NCBI GenBank assembly: GCA_951406725.2
Contig: OX597814.1
Coordinates: 215,140,001-215,204,000, forward strand
Reading direction: 5' to 3'
DNA: 64,000 nucleotides
Source of the DNA: Octopus vulgaris
Taxonomy: Eukaryota
In this document: positions 1 through 12,429 of the stretch, one piece after another
Layout: every line of letters begins with the position of its first letter
Position numbering within the stretch: position 1 is the first letter of the stretch
The notes under the pieces: model-generated
What the model was told of the DNA's origin: nothing
Databases searched by the model: none
What the model saw: the letters and a program-made list of their open reading frames with translations, nothing else
Made by a program: the position numbers and the translations under genes

Positions 1-86
1 GAAACTGGTACTTTATTTATTGACCTCGAAAGGGTGAAAGGCAAAGTCGACCTCGGCGGAATTTAAACTCAGAACGTAACGACAGA
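1..86 (-). mobile_element. SINE family A fragment (tRNA-like head; core gcctttcatcctttcggggtcga..aagtacca)
   Basis: Matches the reverse complement of the family A core seen in more than 15 copies in this window; truncated by the window edge. Confidence 0.85.
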
Positions 87-805
87 CTATACAATGGGCT
101 CCTCTTCAGCTACCAAATACATTCACAAGGCTTTGGTTTTCCAAGGGCTAGATACTTGCTCAAGGTTTTCATGCGATTGGGAAGAAAACTGTATGTGTGT
201 TTGCGTGAATACATACACGTAAATATTGCAATTTACAATATTGATTACTTGAGAAATGTTTCAGTTTATTTTTGACTTCACTCCAAAGTTTATCAGTCAA
301 CTGATTTGCAAATTCATTCTGTCGTCAAGAAACCCGTTGTTTAAACTGTTACATATGGTGACTTATGTAGTAGAATGATAATAATATTGATTGTAAAGGA
401 GTCAATAAAATAAATCCCAGACATGTACAAAGGAGGACTGAATCTACCCTAGTTTTCTTCAACTATGCCACAGCGTAAGAAACAAAAAAATATTGATTTG
501 TAACACTGAGACACCTGGTTTCACGTAATTGCATGAGTTACAAGAAATAGCAGCTGAATTACCTAACAGTTTAAAAGAAACTAAGACGGGACTGGAATGC
601 TTGGAAAATAGGTCTGCCTAGTCAGAAATGGACAAAGTCTAAACTGCAACGCTTGGTATTTTTTCTATCCAATTTGGGAGCCTCTATGCAGTCAACAGAC
701 CTGTTAAAAATAACTGTCAAATTTCCTACATACCCGATACATAAACTTGATAGACGAAAGATTTGATAAGACCGCGTATGTGTGTGCGTGAGTGTTTACT
801 GATAA

Positions 806-1045
806 TAATCCTTTCTACTGCAGGCACAAGGCCTGAAATGTTGGGGGCAGGGGCTAGCCGATTACATCGATCCCAGTGTGGGTAATAAAGAAAAAGATTA
901 CATCGATCCCAGTACTCGGCCGGTACTTATTTAATCGACACCAAAAGGATGAAAGGCAAAAGTTAAACTTGAAACGTAAAACCTGAAGAAATGCTGCTAG
1001 GCATTTAGTCCGGCATGCTAACCACTCGACCAGCTCACCGCCCAT
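806..1045 (-). mobile_element. SINE family A, older-type tail
   Basis: Head ggcggtgagctgg..., core and tail ...ccttgtgcctgcagtagaaagg on the minus strand. Confidence 0.85.
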
Positions 1046-1685
1046 TACTTAGCGATAATAAAGTATTTGAACTAAGAGCACTTCTAGCGATGAGCTTTAT
1101 TTTTTAAAATTTCTATTTAATAACGACTGACAGTTCAAAACAAAAGTATTCAACAACGAAAGTGATACGTTATATGCTTTCGTTTACTTAAAACGACAGC
1201 ATAAATCTTAGGCAATAATTCTCTGTGTAAAAGAGACTGCGAGTAACTACTCAAGGTGTGCCCAAAAGATAAGGAAATGAAGTTATATTACGTTAACTAT
1301 ATGCCCTTATTTGTCGCTGATATTACGAAAAAGGCTATTTCTCAAGTACTTATATGACTCATTTACCTTATCCTGATAGTCAATTGATGTAAATATTCCA
1401 CTAAAATTAAATACAGCTCTTTGGAACCAATCAGTAACAAAGATAAACGCAATTCACAAATATTTGCGAAACATTATTGCAAATTCCTGGGTTGTTCTTT
1501 TAGATACTATTATCTTTAGACACTATTATCAATAGTTACAATTTCTAAAACTATTGTGCTTAATTAATTCGCAATTACAATTAAACTTAGCAGCAATAAA
1601 GATTCTAAAACCATATTCACCAAATCTCGTTAATGTAAACAAAGCACTCCCTCCAATGCAGACCGGTTCAAACGTTTGGCGCCAC

Positions 1686-1802
1686 AAATACCTTAACAAC
1701 TTTCTCAACACTAAAGAGTTTCGTGGGACAGGAAGTCGATCCGGCTCCAATGTCCTTTACTTCTAATTGTTTTACTTCTAATTGCTTCGTGTTCAGGTAT
1801 TT
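1686..1802. promoter_or_regulatory. Candidate bidirectional promoter with short non-coding first exons
   Basis: CpG-retaining unique DNA with an ETS/Inr-like ACAGGAAGT (1728-1736). AG|GTATTT donor-like sites point outward on both strands (1691 minus, 1797 plus). No coding support. Confidence 0.25.
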
Positions 1803-2224
1803 ATGGAAAAGAAATCGGTGGCGGAATTTTTGTTAGGAAGTATTAATGCTCCCAGTTAAGAGCGAGATGATGACCTACATTTTAAAGTCAGTCTATTGGC
1901 TTGTATACTTAAATTAATGTATTTGTTTTGAAATAAAATAATGCTACGTAGCAGAATCTGATTAGATTCCAATTATTTTATTGGGATGTAAGAGTTATCT
2001 CCCCATGGTATTAATAAAAGTTATAGTTTAGGCTTGTAAAAGTTATCTCCCCCTAGACGTTGGTAAAAATTCTCTTAAAATAAATAAGAAACTACTTTGC
2101 TTGTCTAAACAAAACAGCATTTTCAATAAAGATGTTGGTCTTGCGTAACGGATTTAATTCAAGTCGTTAATACCTTGTACCAGCATATTATTTATAGCGT
2201 TTCGTCGATAACTTCTGCTGATTT

Positions 2225-2475
2225 ATTTCGTTTTGGGATTTGGTTTGCAAGATTCTTTATATGAGTTCGTGTGTTGAAGCATGTTCTGTTGTGCCTGGGG
2301 AGAGTCATTTTCTTTTTGTGCCTTATAATGTAACACACTCACCGGTAAAATTTCCACTTATTTTTATTTTCCTAAAATTTCCATTGACTGCATAGAGGCT
2401 CCCAAATTTAGCTACTGCTTAGCTATTACATCATAAGGCACAAAAAGAAAATGACTCTCCCCAGACACAACAGAG
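2225..2475. repeat. Repeat fragment with internal inverted repeat
   Basis: ctgttgtgcctggggagagtcattttctttttgtgccttat (about 2286-2326) is the near reverse complement of ataaggcacaaaaagaaaatgactctccccagacacaacag (about 2433-2473). Confidence 0.7.
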
Positions 2476-2477
2476 TC

Positions 2478-3545
2478 TGTTAATTTATTTTTTACCTTTT
2501 TTTCTCGTTTAGAAATTTAATAATTTTCAGTATTCCTAAAGATGTGTGCATCCCCCTCCACGTATGCTTCAAATGCTGTAGATTCCGATTATATCAGAAA
2601 TTGTTGAGAAAAAAAAATTCCTTATGGTAGGAAGAGGAGTTTCGGAAAATTCACATCCATAGGCTTTACTTTCTCATAACCTTCAGGAAAATGGGTATTT
2701 TACTCTCTCTTTACTCTTGAAATTTAGCTATTTCTTAGCTATTACATTATAAGGCACAAAAAGCTGGAAATGCACTGCCTTTAATCGAGCAACTCGATAC
2801 TGTTGATTTATTTTTTTACCTTTTTTCTCGTTTAGAAATTTCATAATTCTCAGTATTCCTACAGATGTGTACATCCCCCTCCACGAATTTGTTTCCTCAT
2901 AACTTCCAGAAAAATGGATATTTTTTAATGAAATTTTCTACAAATATGTTTCAGATGGAGTAGATTCCGATTATATCCGAAATTGTTGAGAAAAAAATCC
3001 TTATGGTAAGAAGAGGAGTTTCGGGCAATTCACATCCGTAGGCTTTACTTTCTCATAACTTTCAGGAAAATGGGTATTTTGTAATGAAATTTCTTTCAAA
3101 GTGTGTAAATTACGATTATATCGGAATTTGATATGAAAAGTAAAACAGTGTAAACACATACATTCTAACAGACATTACAATTTTTTTCGAAATTTCAAGT
3201 TTCATTTTGTAGATATATGTGGCGTGTATCAGTATATATGTGTACGTGCTCACCAAATTTACTTTTTTCATATTAAATTCCGGTATCATCGTTATCTACA
3301 CACTCTGAAAGGTATTTTTAGAAAATTTCTTTGAAAATTACTCATTTTTCTGAAAGCAAAGAAAGCCGTCCTGTGAGAATTTTGTAAAACTCCTCACTCC
3401 ACTCTAGGAAAGACCTTTTCACCAAATATTATAGAATCTACACCACCTGAAGCATATTTGTAGAAAATTTCATTGAAAAATATCCATTTTTCTGGAAGAT
3501 ATGAGGCAACAAATTCACTGGGTGGAGTGGGGTTGCACATCTGTA
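2478..3545. mobile_element. Foldback-type element with long modular inverted arms; left arm locally duplicated
   Basis: About 2860-2967 is the reverse complement of about 3434-3545. About 2478-2700 is repeated in about 2800-3080. Subrepeats of the type ctcataacttycaggaaaatgg recur. Confidence 0.7.
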
Positions 3546-3725
3546 TGAATGCCTAATTTTCCTGTGAGAGTTATGTTGTATTGAGTGTGACACTGAATCA
3601 GTTCGCGGTAAAATATGCCAAGCTTAGCTTCACTTCATCTGTTGGAATAAAATTTTGATATAGAAGTGGAAACAAGGTTTTTTTCTATTAGAGTAGCTAG
3701 CTAATACTGACTAAAATATATATAA

Positions 3726-4116
3726 TCTCTATATATAAAGCTGAAGTTGTCTGTGTGTGGCAGGTTTGGTAGCCTTCAACTAACACTATCTTCTCCAAGA
3801 CCCTCCGGCGCAAGTTGACCAAAATTGAGAGTATGATAGAAGAAAGGCTTGCTCTTCCTTCTCTAGAAGAAAAAATTCAAATCTGACCATTTTAACACCA
3901 AAAATTATTTACATCAAAAAGGTGCTTTTTTTCTATGAAAATCCCTAATTTTAAAGATTTTTTGACTGCTGTGTCACCATTTTTCGGTGTATTTCAACCA
4001 GAAAAATGTTCACTTAAAGAGAATAACAAGCTACATAATGCAAAATTTTTACTTTTCAAAAATTCAAATTCTAAAGGGTCGAAACAAACCCGAGCAACGC
4101 CGGGCGATACTGCTAG
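3726..4116 (+). mobile_element. Non-autonomous Helitron
   Basis: 5' TC, 3' CTAG, inserted between A and T without TSD, subterminal hairpin cccgagcaacgccggg. Confidence 0.88.
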
Positions 4117-4834
4117 TATATGTATAAGGTAAGTTAACTGAATGTTATTTATTTCTGTAATAAAAAATAGTTAGATATCAGTTACAATTTATAAAATTAC
4201 TAGACTGGCTTCATTCTAAGTAGCTACATCTTGCTGCAGGTTACTAAACTTTACTGTGGAAGGCTGCTTTCCTTGTAAGTAATTGGACTGCGTTGCATTT
4301 TGCTAGAACTTGCTGAACTGTAATTATCAGCACAGAAGCCAGATTTAGCATATTTCACAATAAATATATTTAGTTCAACACTCTTTAGTCCTACATGGGA
4401 AAGTACCAATATTCTTAAAAAGTTACTAGTTGTACCAGTGAGAAAAAAATGCTAAAAATTAAAGTAAATACATGTTGCAGCCCTGTTTTTACTATGACTC
4501 ATTCAGTACAGTTGAAGACTAATTCAGTAAGACTATATAAGTTTATTGAGTTGTGTAAAATTAGAAACTCATGCTCCATGCTTTTCATATTTTTTCTGAT
4601 TCCACTTAAACATTCAATAAGATGTTCAAGCACATGGCCATGATGCAGCCATCATATATTATTGTACATTAGCAAACCATTGTAAACGATTTAACTTTTT
4701 AAAAGTAAATAATAATCTTGTTTATGTGAAGCCCTGGCAACTGGCAAATTGATTTTGTCATGACTTTATCATATCATTGAAATTCTTACAGTTTGCTTTT
4801 GCATACAGTTATTTCTTGTGTATAAGCTTCTGTG

Positions 4835-5165
4835 TGGAGGCACAATGGCCCAGTGGTTAGGGCAGTGGACTCATGGTCAGTGGACTCATGGTCAGTGGAC
4901 TCATGGTCAGATTCTCAGACCGGGTGTTGTGTGTGTTTATTGAGCGAAAACACCTAAACAGGTCCATGAGGCTCCAGCAGGGGTTGGTGGCGACCCCTGT
5001 TATACTCTTTCGCCCCAACATTCTCTCACTCTCTCTTCCTGTTTCGTGAGTAACGCTGCAATGGACTGGCATCCCGTCCAGATGGGGGAAACACATACGC
5101 CACAGAAACTGGGTAACCGACTCCATGAGCCTGGCTAGGCTTGAAAAGGGTGCATAAATAAATAA
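4835..5165 (+). mobile_element. SINE family B, tail type 2 (V-domain-like)
   Basis: tRNA-like head tggcccagtggttagggc; body atggactggcatcccgtccag..agaaac; TSD ataagcttc (4822-4830 / 5166-5174); 15-bp unit gtggactcatggtca triplicated in the head. Confidence 0.9.
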
Positions 5166-5319
5166 ATAAGCTTCAGTAAATTACACTGAAGATCTTCCTT
5201 ATCTATTGGAAACTAATGAGCCAAATTGCAACCTGACAAAAAGCAGCACTGTGTAATCAACAGGACATGTGGCACAGCCTTCATCATTACCAAGAAATAA
5301 TACAAGTTCACTGCCAGAG

Positions 5320-5706
5320 CAGCTGTCTGGCTTCCGTGCTGGTGGCACGTAAAAAGCACCATTGAGCGTGATTGTTACCAGTGTCGCCTTAGTGGCACGT
5401 GAACAAAACATTCGAGCAAAGTCGTTGCCAGTGCTGTTGGACTGACTCCTGTGCAGGTGGCACGTAAAAAACACCATTTCAAGCGTGGCTGTTGCCAGTA
5501 ACCGTCAAACTGGCCCTCATGCCAGTGGCATGTAAAAGCACCCGCTACACTCTCAGAGTGGTTGGTGTTAGGAAGGGCATCCAGCTGTAGAAACTCTGCC
5601 AGATCAGACTGGAGCTTGGTGCAGCCATCTGGTTCGCCAGCCCTCAGTCAAATCGTCCAACCCATGCTAGCATGGAAAGTGGACATTAAAAGATGATGAT
5701 GATGAT
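5320..5706 (+). mobile_element. SINE family D with (GAT)n tail
   Basis: Internal gtggcacgtaaaa repeats, ttaggaagggcatccagc core, tail ccaacccatgctagcatggaaa..(gat)n. Confidence 0.85.
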
Positions 5707-5864
5707 ATACTTGGTATATGAACACTGCCAATATTTTGTACATTTCAGAAAATACTTTTAAAATGAGTTCAATAAGCAGAATAAGCAAAGCTACCCTGAA
5801 GATATTGAAAACTATTGTGATGAGATGTAAACTTCAACAGTCAGTTTTAGATATTATTATGTCA

Positions 5865-6098
5865 AGGTGGCAAGCTGGCAGAAACGTTAGCATGCCGGGC
5901 GAAATGCTTAGCAGTATTTCATCTGTGGCTATGTTCTGAGTTCAAATTCCGCCAAGGTCGACTTTGCCTTTCATCCTTTCGGGGTCGATTAAATAAGTAC
6001 CAGTTACGCATTGAGGTTGATATAATCGACTTAATCCGTTTGTCTGTCCTTGTTTGTCCTCTCTGTGTGTAGTCCTTTGTGGGTAGTAAAGAAATAGG
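5865..6098 (+). mobile_element. SINE family A, full length
   Basis: Complete head-core-tail; approximate TSD tattattatgtca / tattatgatgtca. Confidence 0.9.
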
Positions 6099-6551
6099 TA
6101 TTATGATGTCATCAGAATAAAACTAGATGTTCAATTGAAGAAGAGAAAACAGAGTATATTTACTTACTGTATATTACTGGTATACTTTTTTGTTAACCCT
6201 GAATGAAAGAAAGGCAAAAGTTTATCTTAAGTAATGTGGTATAATTATAAACAGGGTAAATTTTAGCCATTTCTCTGAAGACTGAAAAAATGATGAACAC
6301 TCTTAATCAACTTTTGAATCTTAGTAAGATTTGAACACAGAGCTGAATCAATAAAAGTTAATGAGATAATACTACCTTTGATGTTTTACAAGTGTTTGTT
6401 GATTTTTACATTGCTGGTACATCTCTGGCATTTTGCTCCGTTATACCCAGGTACCATCACAGAAAGCAACATTTTGGCTGACTCTTCCAGAACACCATTG
6501 CTTATAACCAAAACTAATTTTGACAATTCTATTTGTCTTTTAGAAAATATC

Positions 6552-6864
6552 TGGAAGCACAGTGGCCCAGTGGTTAGGGCAGTGGACTCATGGATGGAGG
6601 TCACGGTTTCGATTCCCAGACCAGGTATTGTGTGTGTTTATTGAGCGAAAACACCTAAAAAAGCTCCACAAGGCTCTGGTAGGCGGTGGTGGCGACCCCT
6701 GTTGTACTCTTTCACCACAACTTTCTCTCACTCTCTCTTCCTGTTTCTTGAATAATGCTGCGATGGACTAGCATCCCATCCAGCTAGGGGGAACACATAC
6801 ACCACAGAAACCGGGAAACCAGGCCCATGAGCCTGGCTAGGCTTGATAAGGGCGACATTTATCA
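6552..6864 (+). mobile_element. SINE family B, tail type 2
   Basis: Perfect 13-bp TSD ttttagaaaatat (6538-6550 / 6865-6877). Confidence 0.9.
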
Positions 6865-7049
6865 TTTTAGAAAATATAACAACATGCTCATCTATGTTTC
6901 ACCTGACAGGTTTTGAGGTAAATTCTGTAACTTAATCTCCATGAAAATATTGATCTATAATATCTAATTGAGCTGCTTGAGTAATATCAGTGGTTGTAAG
7001 ACAAATAGCATAAAGTAACAGGTATCGAAGTGTTCTTGAATATGATTTT

Positions 7050-7268
7050 CTGTATTGGTTTCAAATTATGGTACAGAGCCAGCAATTTCCGGGGAGTGGG
7101 TAAGTCAATAACATTGACCCTAGCACTCAACTGGTACTTATTTATTAACCCCGAAAGGGGGGAAGTCAAAGGTGATCTGGGAAGAAATTGAACTCAGAAT
7201 GTAAAGATAAACAAAATGCCACTAAGCATTTTGCCCAGCATGCTAACAATTCTGCCAGCTTGTTACCT
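7050..7268 (-). mobile_element. SINE family A, diverged
   Basis: Recognisable head and core with many CpG-type substitutions. Confidence 0.75.
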
Positions 7269-7523
7269 AATTCAATTTTCTCTATTAGTATTCATTGCCC
7301 TGTGCTTAAGAGTATTTTTGCTTATTGCTAACTCATTAATGTGAGTTCTAATAGCACACTTAATGGTATACATTTAATAAAAGCTTTTTTAATAAATTCA
7401 GTTCATTGATATTCTATGATTGTTAACAATAATATCTGAAATGTTCAAGCTTGAAGCTACTAAATGCAAGTAAAGTCCTGGCAAGAATGAAAGTGAATTC
7501 TCTGACAGTGAGTATTGGGACAT

Positions 7524-7526
<3 letters not shown>

Positions 7527-7560
<34 letters not shown>

Positions 7561-7660
7561 AATACATATACAGATACATACACACACACATATGAAGATA
7601 TTTACATATATACTCGTGCACACACGTACAAAAATACATACACACATACATACATACAAA
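7527..7660. repeat. (CA)n/(CATA)n microsatellite
   Basis: Visible directly in the sequence. Confidence 0.9.
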
Positions 7661-7860
7661 TATTCATATGTACATTCCTTGTAGTCCTCTAGTCAACAGT
7701 TTAAAAAATTTTGTTTTATTTCTTAAAGGAGTGACAGGTGCTTAGTATCAAATGGCCGTTTTGCATTCAAAATGTTATCACTCACAACTAGCTCAACTTA
7801 CTGCCCATAATATATGAAGAACGTCATCATCCTTATCAACAACAAGATATTGTTCAAATA

Positions 7861-8215
7861 TCATCATCATCATCATCATCATTGTTTAGTGTTTGTTTTC
7901 CATGCTGGCATGGGTTGGACGGTTAGACTGGAACTGGCAAGTCAGAAAGCTGCTCAAGGCTCCCACCTGTTTTGGCTGGATGCCTTTTCTAACACCAACC
8001 ACTCCACGGAGTGTAGTGGGGTTTCTTTTAAGTCTCACCAGCACAGATGACTTTTTACATGCCACCAACATGGGGTGCCTTTTACATGTCACCAACATGG
8101 GCCATGACTATGATGTCACTTGGCTTCATGTGTCTTCTCAAGCACAGCAAATCACCAAAGGTCTCAGCCACATGTCTTTGCCTCCATTGAAACTCAATAT
8201 CTGAAGATCAAGACT
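7861..8215 (-). mobile_element. SINE family D
   Basis: (CAT)n tail followed by ccatgctggcatgggttggac..ggatgccttttctaacaccaaccactcc. Confidence 0.8.
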
Positions 8216-8229
8216 TGAAAATTTTGTCT

Positions 8230-8662
8230 ACTCTTACTCTTTTTACTCTTTTTCAGTCTTGTTTCAGTTATGTGACTGTGGCCATGCTGGAGCACCGCCT
8301 TTTAGTCAAGCAAATCGACCCCAGGACCTTATTCTTTGTAAGCCTAGTACATACTCTATCGGTCTCTTTTGTCGAACCGCTAAGTTACGGGGATGGAAAC
8401 ACACCAGCATTGGTTGTCAAGCAATGTTGGGGGACAAACATAGATACACAAACATATACACGCACATACATATATATATATATATATAATATATTATATA
8501 CGACGGGCTTCTTTTAGTTTCTGTCTACCAAATCCACTCACAAGGCTTTGGTTGGCCCAAGGCTATAGTAAAAGACACTTGCCCAAGGTGCCACATAGTG
8601 GGACTGAACCTGGAACCATGTGGTTCATAAGCAAGCTACTTACCACACAGCCCCTCCTACGT
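8230..8662 (-). mobile_element. SINE family C (internal (TA)n; aaagagt-repeat tail)
   Basis: Colinear with the copies at 43208 and 58363. Confidence 0.9.
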
Positions 8663-9138
8663 CTGCTTACATTTTATGATAATTTAATTAATTGAAAAAA
8701 ATTTTTTTTTAGATATATATGCGTTTTTGTTTGGGTTCAAAAAAGAAGAATAAAAGAATTGATAAAAAAAACAAGAAAAAATAAAACTAAAAATCACACA
8801 CCATGTCATGCAAGAGTTCATTAATTTGTCAGTAACTTTTAATTAATGGGTTGTAATACGAGGTGCTGCGTAATTTAGATATTACTGAAACATGATCTTT
8901 GCGATGAATATGTTTAACTTTTGAAATTCTTTATCAAATTTAGTGAGATTCTTATGACAAGAAATTGCAGGGAAGCTTCTTTTTATATTTTTCCTTTTTA
9001 AATTTTTTTTTTTTTAGGAAATCCATGACATGTCATCTGAAAACCCATGACATGACATTGTTGATATGCATGTCATAATCTCTCCACCATTGAGTAGGAT
9101 GTTCACATGGCTTGTTTGCTTACATACTTAATGATGAT

Positions 9139-9512
9139 GGAAGCACTCCGTCGGTTACGACGACAAGGGTTCCGGTTGATCCGATCAACGGAACAGCCTG
9201 CTCGTGAAATTAACGTGTAAGTGGCTGAGCACTCCACAGACACGTGTACCCTTAACGTAGTTCTCGGGGATATTCAGCGTGACACAGAGAGTGACAAGGC
9301 CGGCCCTTTGAAATACAGAAACAGGAAACAGTAAGAGTGAGAGAAAGTTGTGGTGAAAGAGTACAGCAGGGATCACCACCATCCCCTGCCGGAGCCTCGT
9401 GGAGCTTTAGGTGTTTTCGCTCAATAAACACTCACAACGCCCAGTCTGGGAATCGAAACCGCGATCCTACGACCACAAGTCTGTGCCCTAACCACTGGGC
9501 CATTGCGCCGCC
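9139..9512 (-). mobile_element. SINE family B, tail type 1
   Basis: Nearly identical to the copies at 30374, 30978 and 42548; degraded TSD acatacttaatgatg / acatacgtaataatg. Confidence 0.9.
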
Positions 9513-9542
9513 ACATACGTAATAATGTGACTACTACATGTG

Positions 9543-9785
9543 TCATCATCATCTTCATCATCATCATTTAATGACCATTGTCCATGCTGGCATGGGTTGG
9601 ACAGTTTGAACAGGGTTGGCAAGCTGGAAGGCTGTACCAGACTCTTGTTTCATTTGGCATGTTTTCCATGGTTGGATGCCCTTCCTAACACCAACAACTC
9701 TGAGAGTGTAATGGGTGCATTTATGTGCCACCGGCATGGGTGCCATTTGCATGATACCAGTATCTGCCACAAATTTTGTGACCTA
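9543..9785 (-). mobile_element. SINE family D, diverged
   Basis: (CAT)n tail plus ggatgcccttcctaacaccaac core. Confidence 0.75.
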
Positions 9786-10191
9786 CCGATGACAGTAGAA
9801 ATGTTTGAGCAACAGTAAAATATGCCTTGCAGTCAGTATTTAGTCCCGGCTCTTTATGTTCTGAGTTCAAATCATACCATGGTTGACTTTCCTTTTTATT
9901 CTTCTGGAATAAAATAAAATGCCCTAATTTGAGTAATGATTTAATTGAGTTATACTAGTATCATTAATGTTCAGAATCTTGAATGAATCTTATTATTGCT
10001 TACAAACCCACCTGAGTCCACCTCTGGTTTGAGGATACAAACAGCCTGTTTTAAAGTGATCTAACTTCAAATCTCCAATCAAAATCTCAAGTTGATTAAA
10101 GTTCCAAGCACTGGTTTAATAATGACAAAATTATTGTGTTAAATTCTTAACTATTTAAAAAATTAATTGAAGCAAAAGTATTTTTCAGCAG

Positions 10192-10500
10192 AAGCTCAGT
10201 GGTTAGAGTGTCAGGCTCATGATCACAAGGTAGTGAGTTCAATTCCTGGACTATGCTATGCATTGTGTTCTTGAGCAAGACACTTTATTTCCCATTGCTC
10301 CCGTTCACTCTGTTGTATTGGTCTTGGCCTTTCCCTTGGATAACATCAGTGGCATGGAGAGGAGGAGGCTGGTATGCATGAGCGACTGCTGGTCTTCCAT
10401 AAAACAACCTTGCCTGGACTTGTGCTTTGGAGGGTTACTTTCTTGGTGCAATCGCATGGTCAATCATGACTGAAGTGGGGGGGGGGGCTTTGCCTTTTAT
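10192..10500 (+). mobile_element. tRNA-derived SINE family E
   Basis: A/B-box-like head gctcagtggttagag..gagttcaattcc and ttgtgttcttgagcaagacac; its 3' part recurs at about 12285-12430. Confidence 0.7.
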
Positions 10501-11020
10501 GGTGATGAAAAGGGTTGAAGAATTGATGAGAGTGTAAAACTACACTAGCCACTATATTTCTGTGAGGAACAGCGATCCCAAATACTATCAGCTTTAAAAG
10601 ACCTGATGAAGGAGCAATGCTACACAAATTATGTGCTTAACAAGATATGAAGCACATCCTTACTACCCAGGTAAAAAAAGCAAAATGTTGCTGAGTGATG
10701 GATGATGCAAGTTTTTTCACACATACAAAATATAAATAATCCAGAACTGGAATAAATTTATTTGCTGTGAAGAAACAGAAACACAAGTTTTTTTTTTCTC
10801 TTCCTTATAAGCAAATCAATTTATTTCACTTATGAATTGTTTACATTCAATGACTACCAACATAAACCATCGCTTGTTTCTTCAGATCTTACTATTCACT
10901 TTACATGCAGAGTAGGTGGATGGGAGAGAAAAACTTACACATGACAAAATCATTAATTCAATTCCATATTGTTGTTGTTATTGTACTTGCAGCTGCTGTG
11001 GTTCCTGTGTAGCCCCAGCT

Positions 11021-11371
11021 CAGCACTTCTCAATCGGGGTCCATATGGCTCTTGATGTCCATATAAGATTTTTGGGGGTCTTCATAACAAAATAGCAAAT
11101 TGAGGATCCACAAAAATTATTTTAAGGGTCCCTGAAAAAAATTTTGTTTAGATGTATTTATTGGTATGTATTGCAAGAAACAGTGAGGTTTCTTTCTCTA
11201 ATATTGTAAAACATAGTTCATTCTACACAAGAAAATGTGTGCAAAATAAAATAGAGATTTCAAAAAAGTTTCTACAAAACTAGTTTTTAAATACTGAATG
11301 GCTATAGGGGTCCACCAGAATAAAATAGCAATCAGAGGGGTCCATAGATCAGAAGTGGTTGAGAACCCCTG
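11021..11371. mobile_element. hAT (Charlie-like) MITE
   Basis: Termini cagcacttctcaa / ttgagaacccctg (CAGGGGTTCTCAA type); internal ggggtcca subrepeats; 8-bp flanks ccccagct / ctctaggt (5/8 match, NTCTAGAN-like). Confidence 0.7.
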
Positions 11372-11877
11372 CTCTAGGTCAACCCTTATTGAGAAGACTG
11401 GTGTCTCACCTTTCCTAGTGATGTTCATCTTGTCTTTCCTTTTGTCAATGTTTATCAAAGACTACATTAGGTAGTATGTCTTTTTCCTTTTTTTAAATGG
11501 TAAAGTTTGGTTTGAGGGAGATTTGGAAGCTATTTCTAGTAGGCTGAGCTACCATATAGTGATGCTTTTATTGGCTCTTCATCACACTAGGTCAGTTATT
11601 TATTCATGGTCATGAGTTCTAAATAATTATCAAGAAAGCAAAAGGATAAAAAAATACAAATATAATTATAATTCTTCTTTTTATTAATTGAAAATTATAA
11701 TCTCCTTGCTTTTTTCTTTGTCTTAAATGAAATGAATGTAAGATCAAAACTGAGTAGCAGTTTCAATTTGCACATAAAGTAAATGAAAAGAAAAGAGAAA
11801 AGAAAATGGGGAAAAAAATTAGGCATACACTTTTTAATGGAAACATCTTTTAGTAATTAGTTTATTAATGAAGGTGG

Positions 11878-12086
11878 TACTTGCAACAAAATAGCCAATA
11901 AACAATAGTGCTGGTTGCTTCTGTCGAAATACCTCTTAATATGTTTTATCAAAACTGTCTTTACGTTCTGAGTTCAAATTCCGCCGAGGTCGTCTTTGCG
12001 TTTCATCCTTTCGAGGTCAATAAATTAAGTACCAGTTGCATACTGGGGACGATCTAATCGACTAGCCCCCTTTCCCAAAATTTCGG
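11878..12086. repeat. Paralogue of 17106-17314 (Helitron fragment plus SINE A junction)
   Basis: Colinear about 210-bp match that includes the same Helitron/SINE junction aatatgtttt(a/g)tcaaaactgtctttacg. Confidence 0.85.
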
Positions 12087-12429
12087 CAGAATCATTAGCA
12101 TACCAAACAAAATGCTTAGAAGCATTTCTTTTGGCTTTACATACCAAGTTTAAATTCCATCAATACTGATTTTGCTGTTCATCCTTTCAGAGTCAATGAA
12201 AAAAGGTACCAGTTGTACACTGGGGTTGATGTAATTGACTAACCCCCTTCAGCAAAAGTTCAGGCCTTGTGCCTTTCTGTTACTTGTTTATTTCACATTG
12301 CTCCAATTCACTCAGCTGTATCGGTCTTTGCCTTTCCTTTGAATAACATCAGAGGGCATGCAGAGGGGAGGCTGGTATGCATGAGCGACTGCTGGTCTTC
12401 CATAAAACAACCTTGCCTGGACTTGTGCT

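Noticed and set aside
1867-1961. C/D-box snoRNA (ATGATGA...CTGA)
   Set aside because: No terminal stem and no recognisable antisense guide.
4835-4930. tRNA genes at SINE heads
   Set aside because: A/B-box-like motifs run into SINE bodies with TSDs; no stand-alone cloverleaf.
6386-6550. Open frames with a Cys pair (KCQRC)
   Set aside because: Short, no convincing splice sites, and extended artificially by a SINE.
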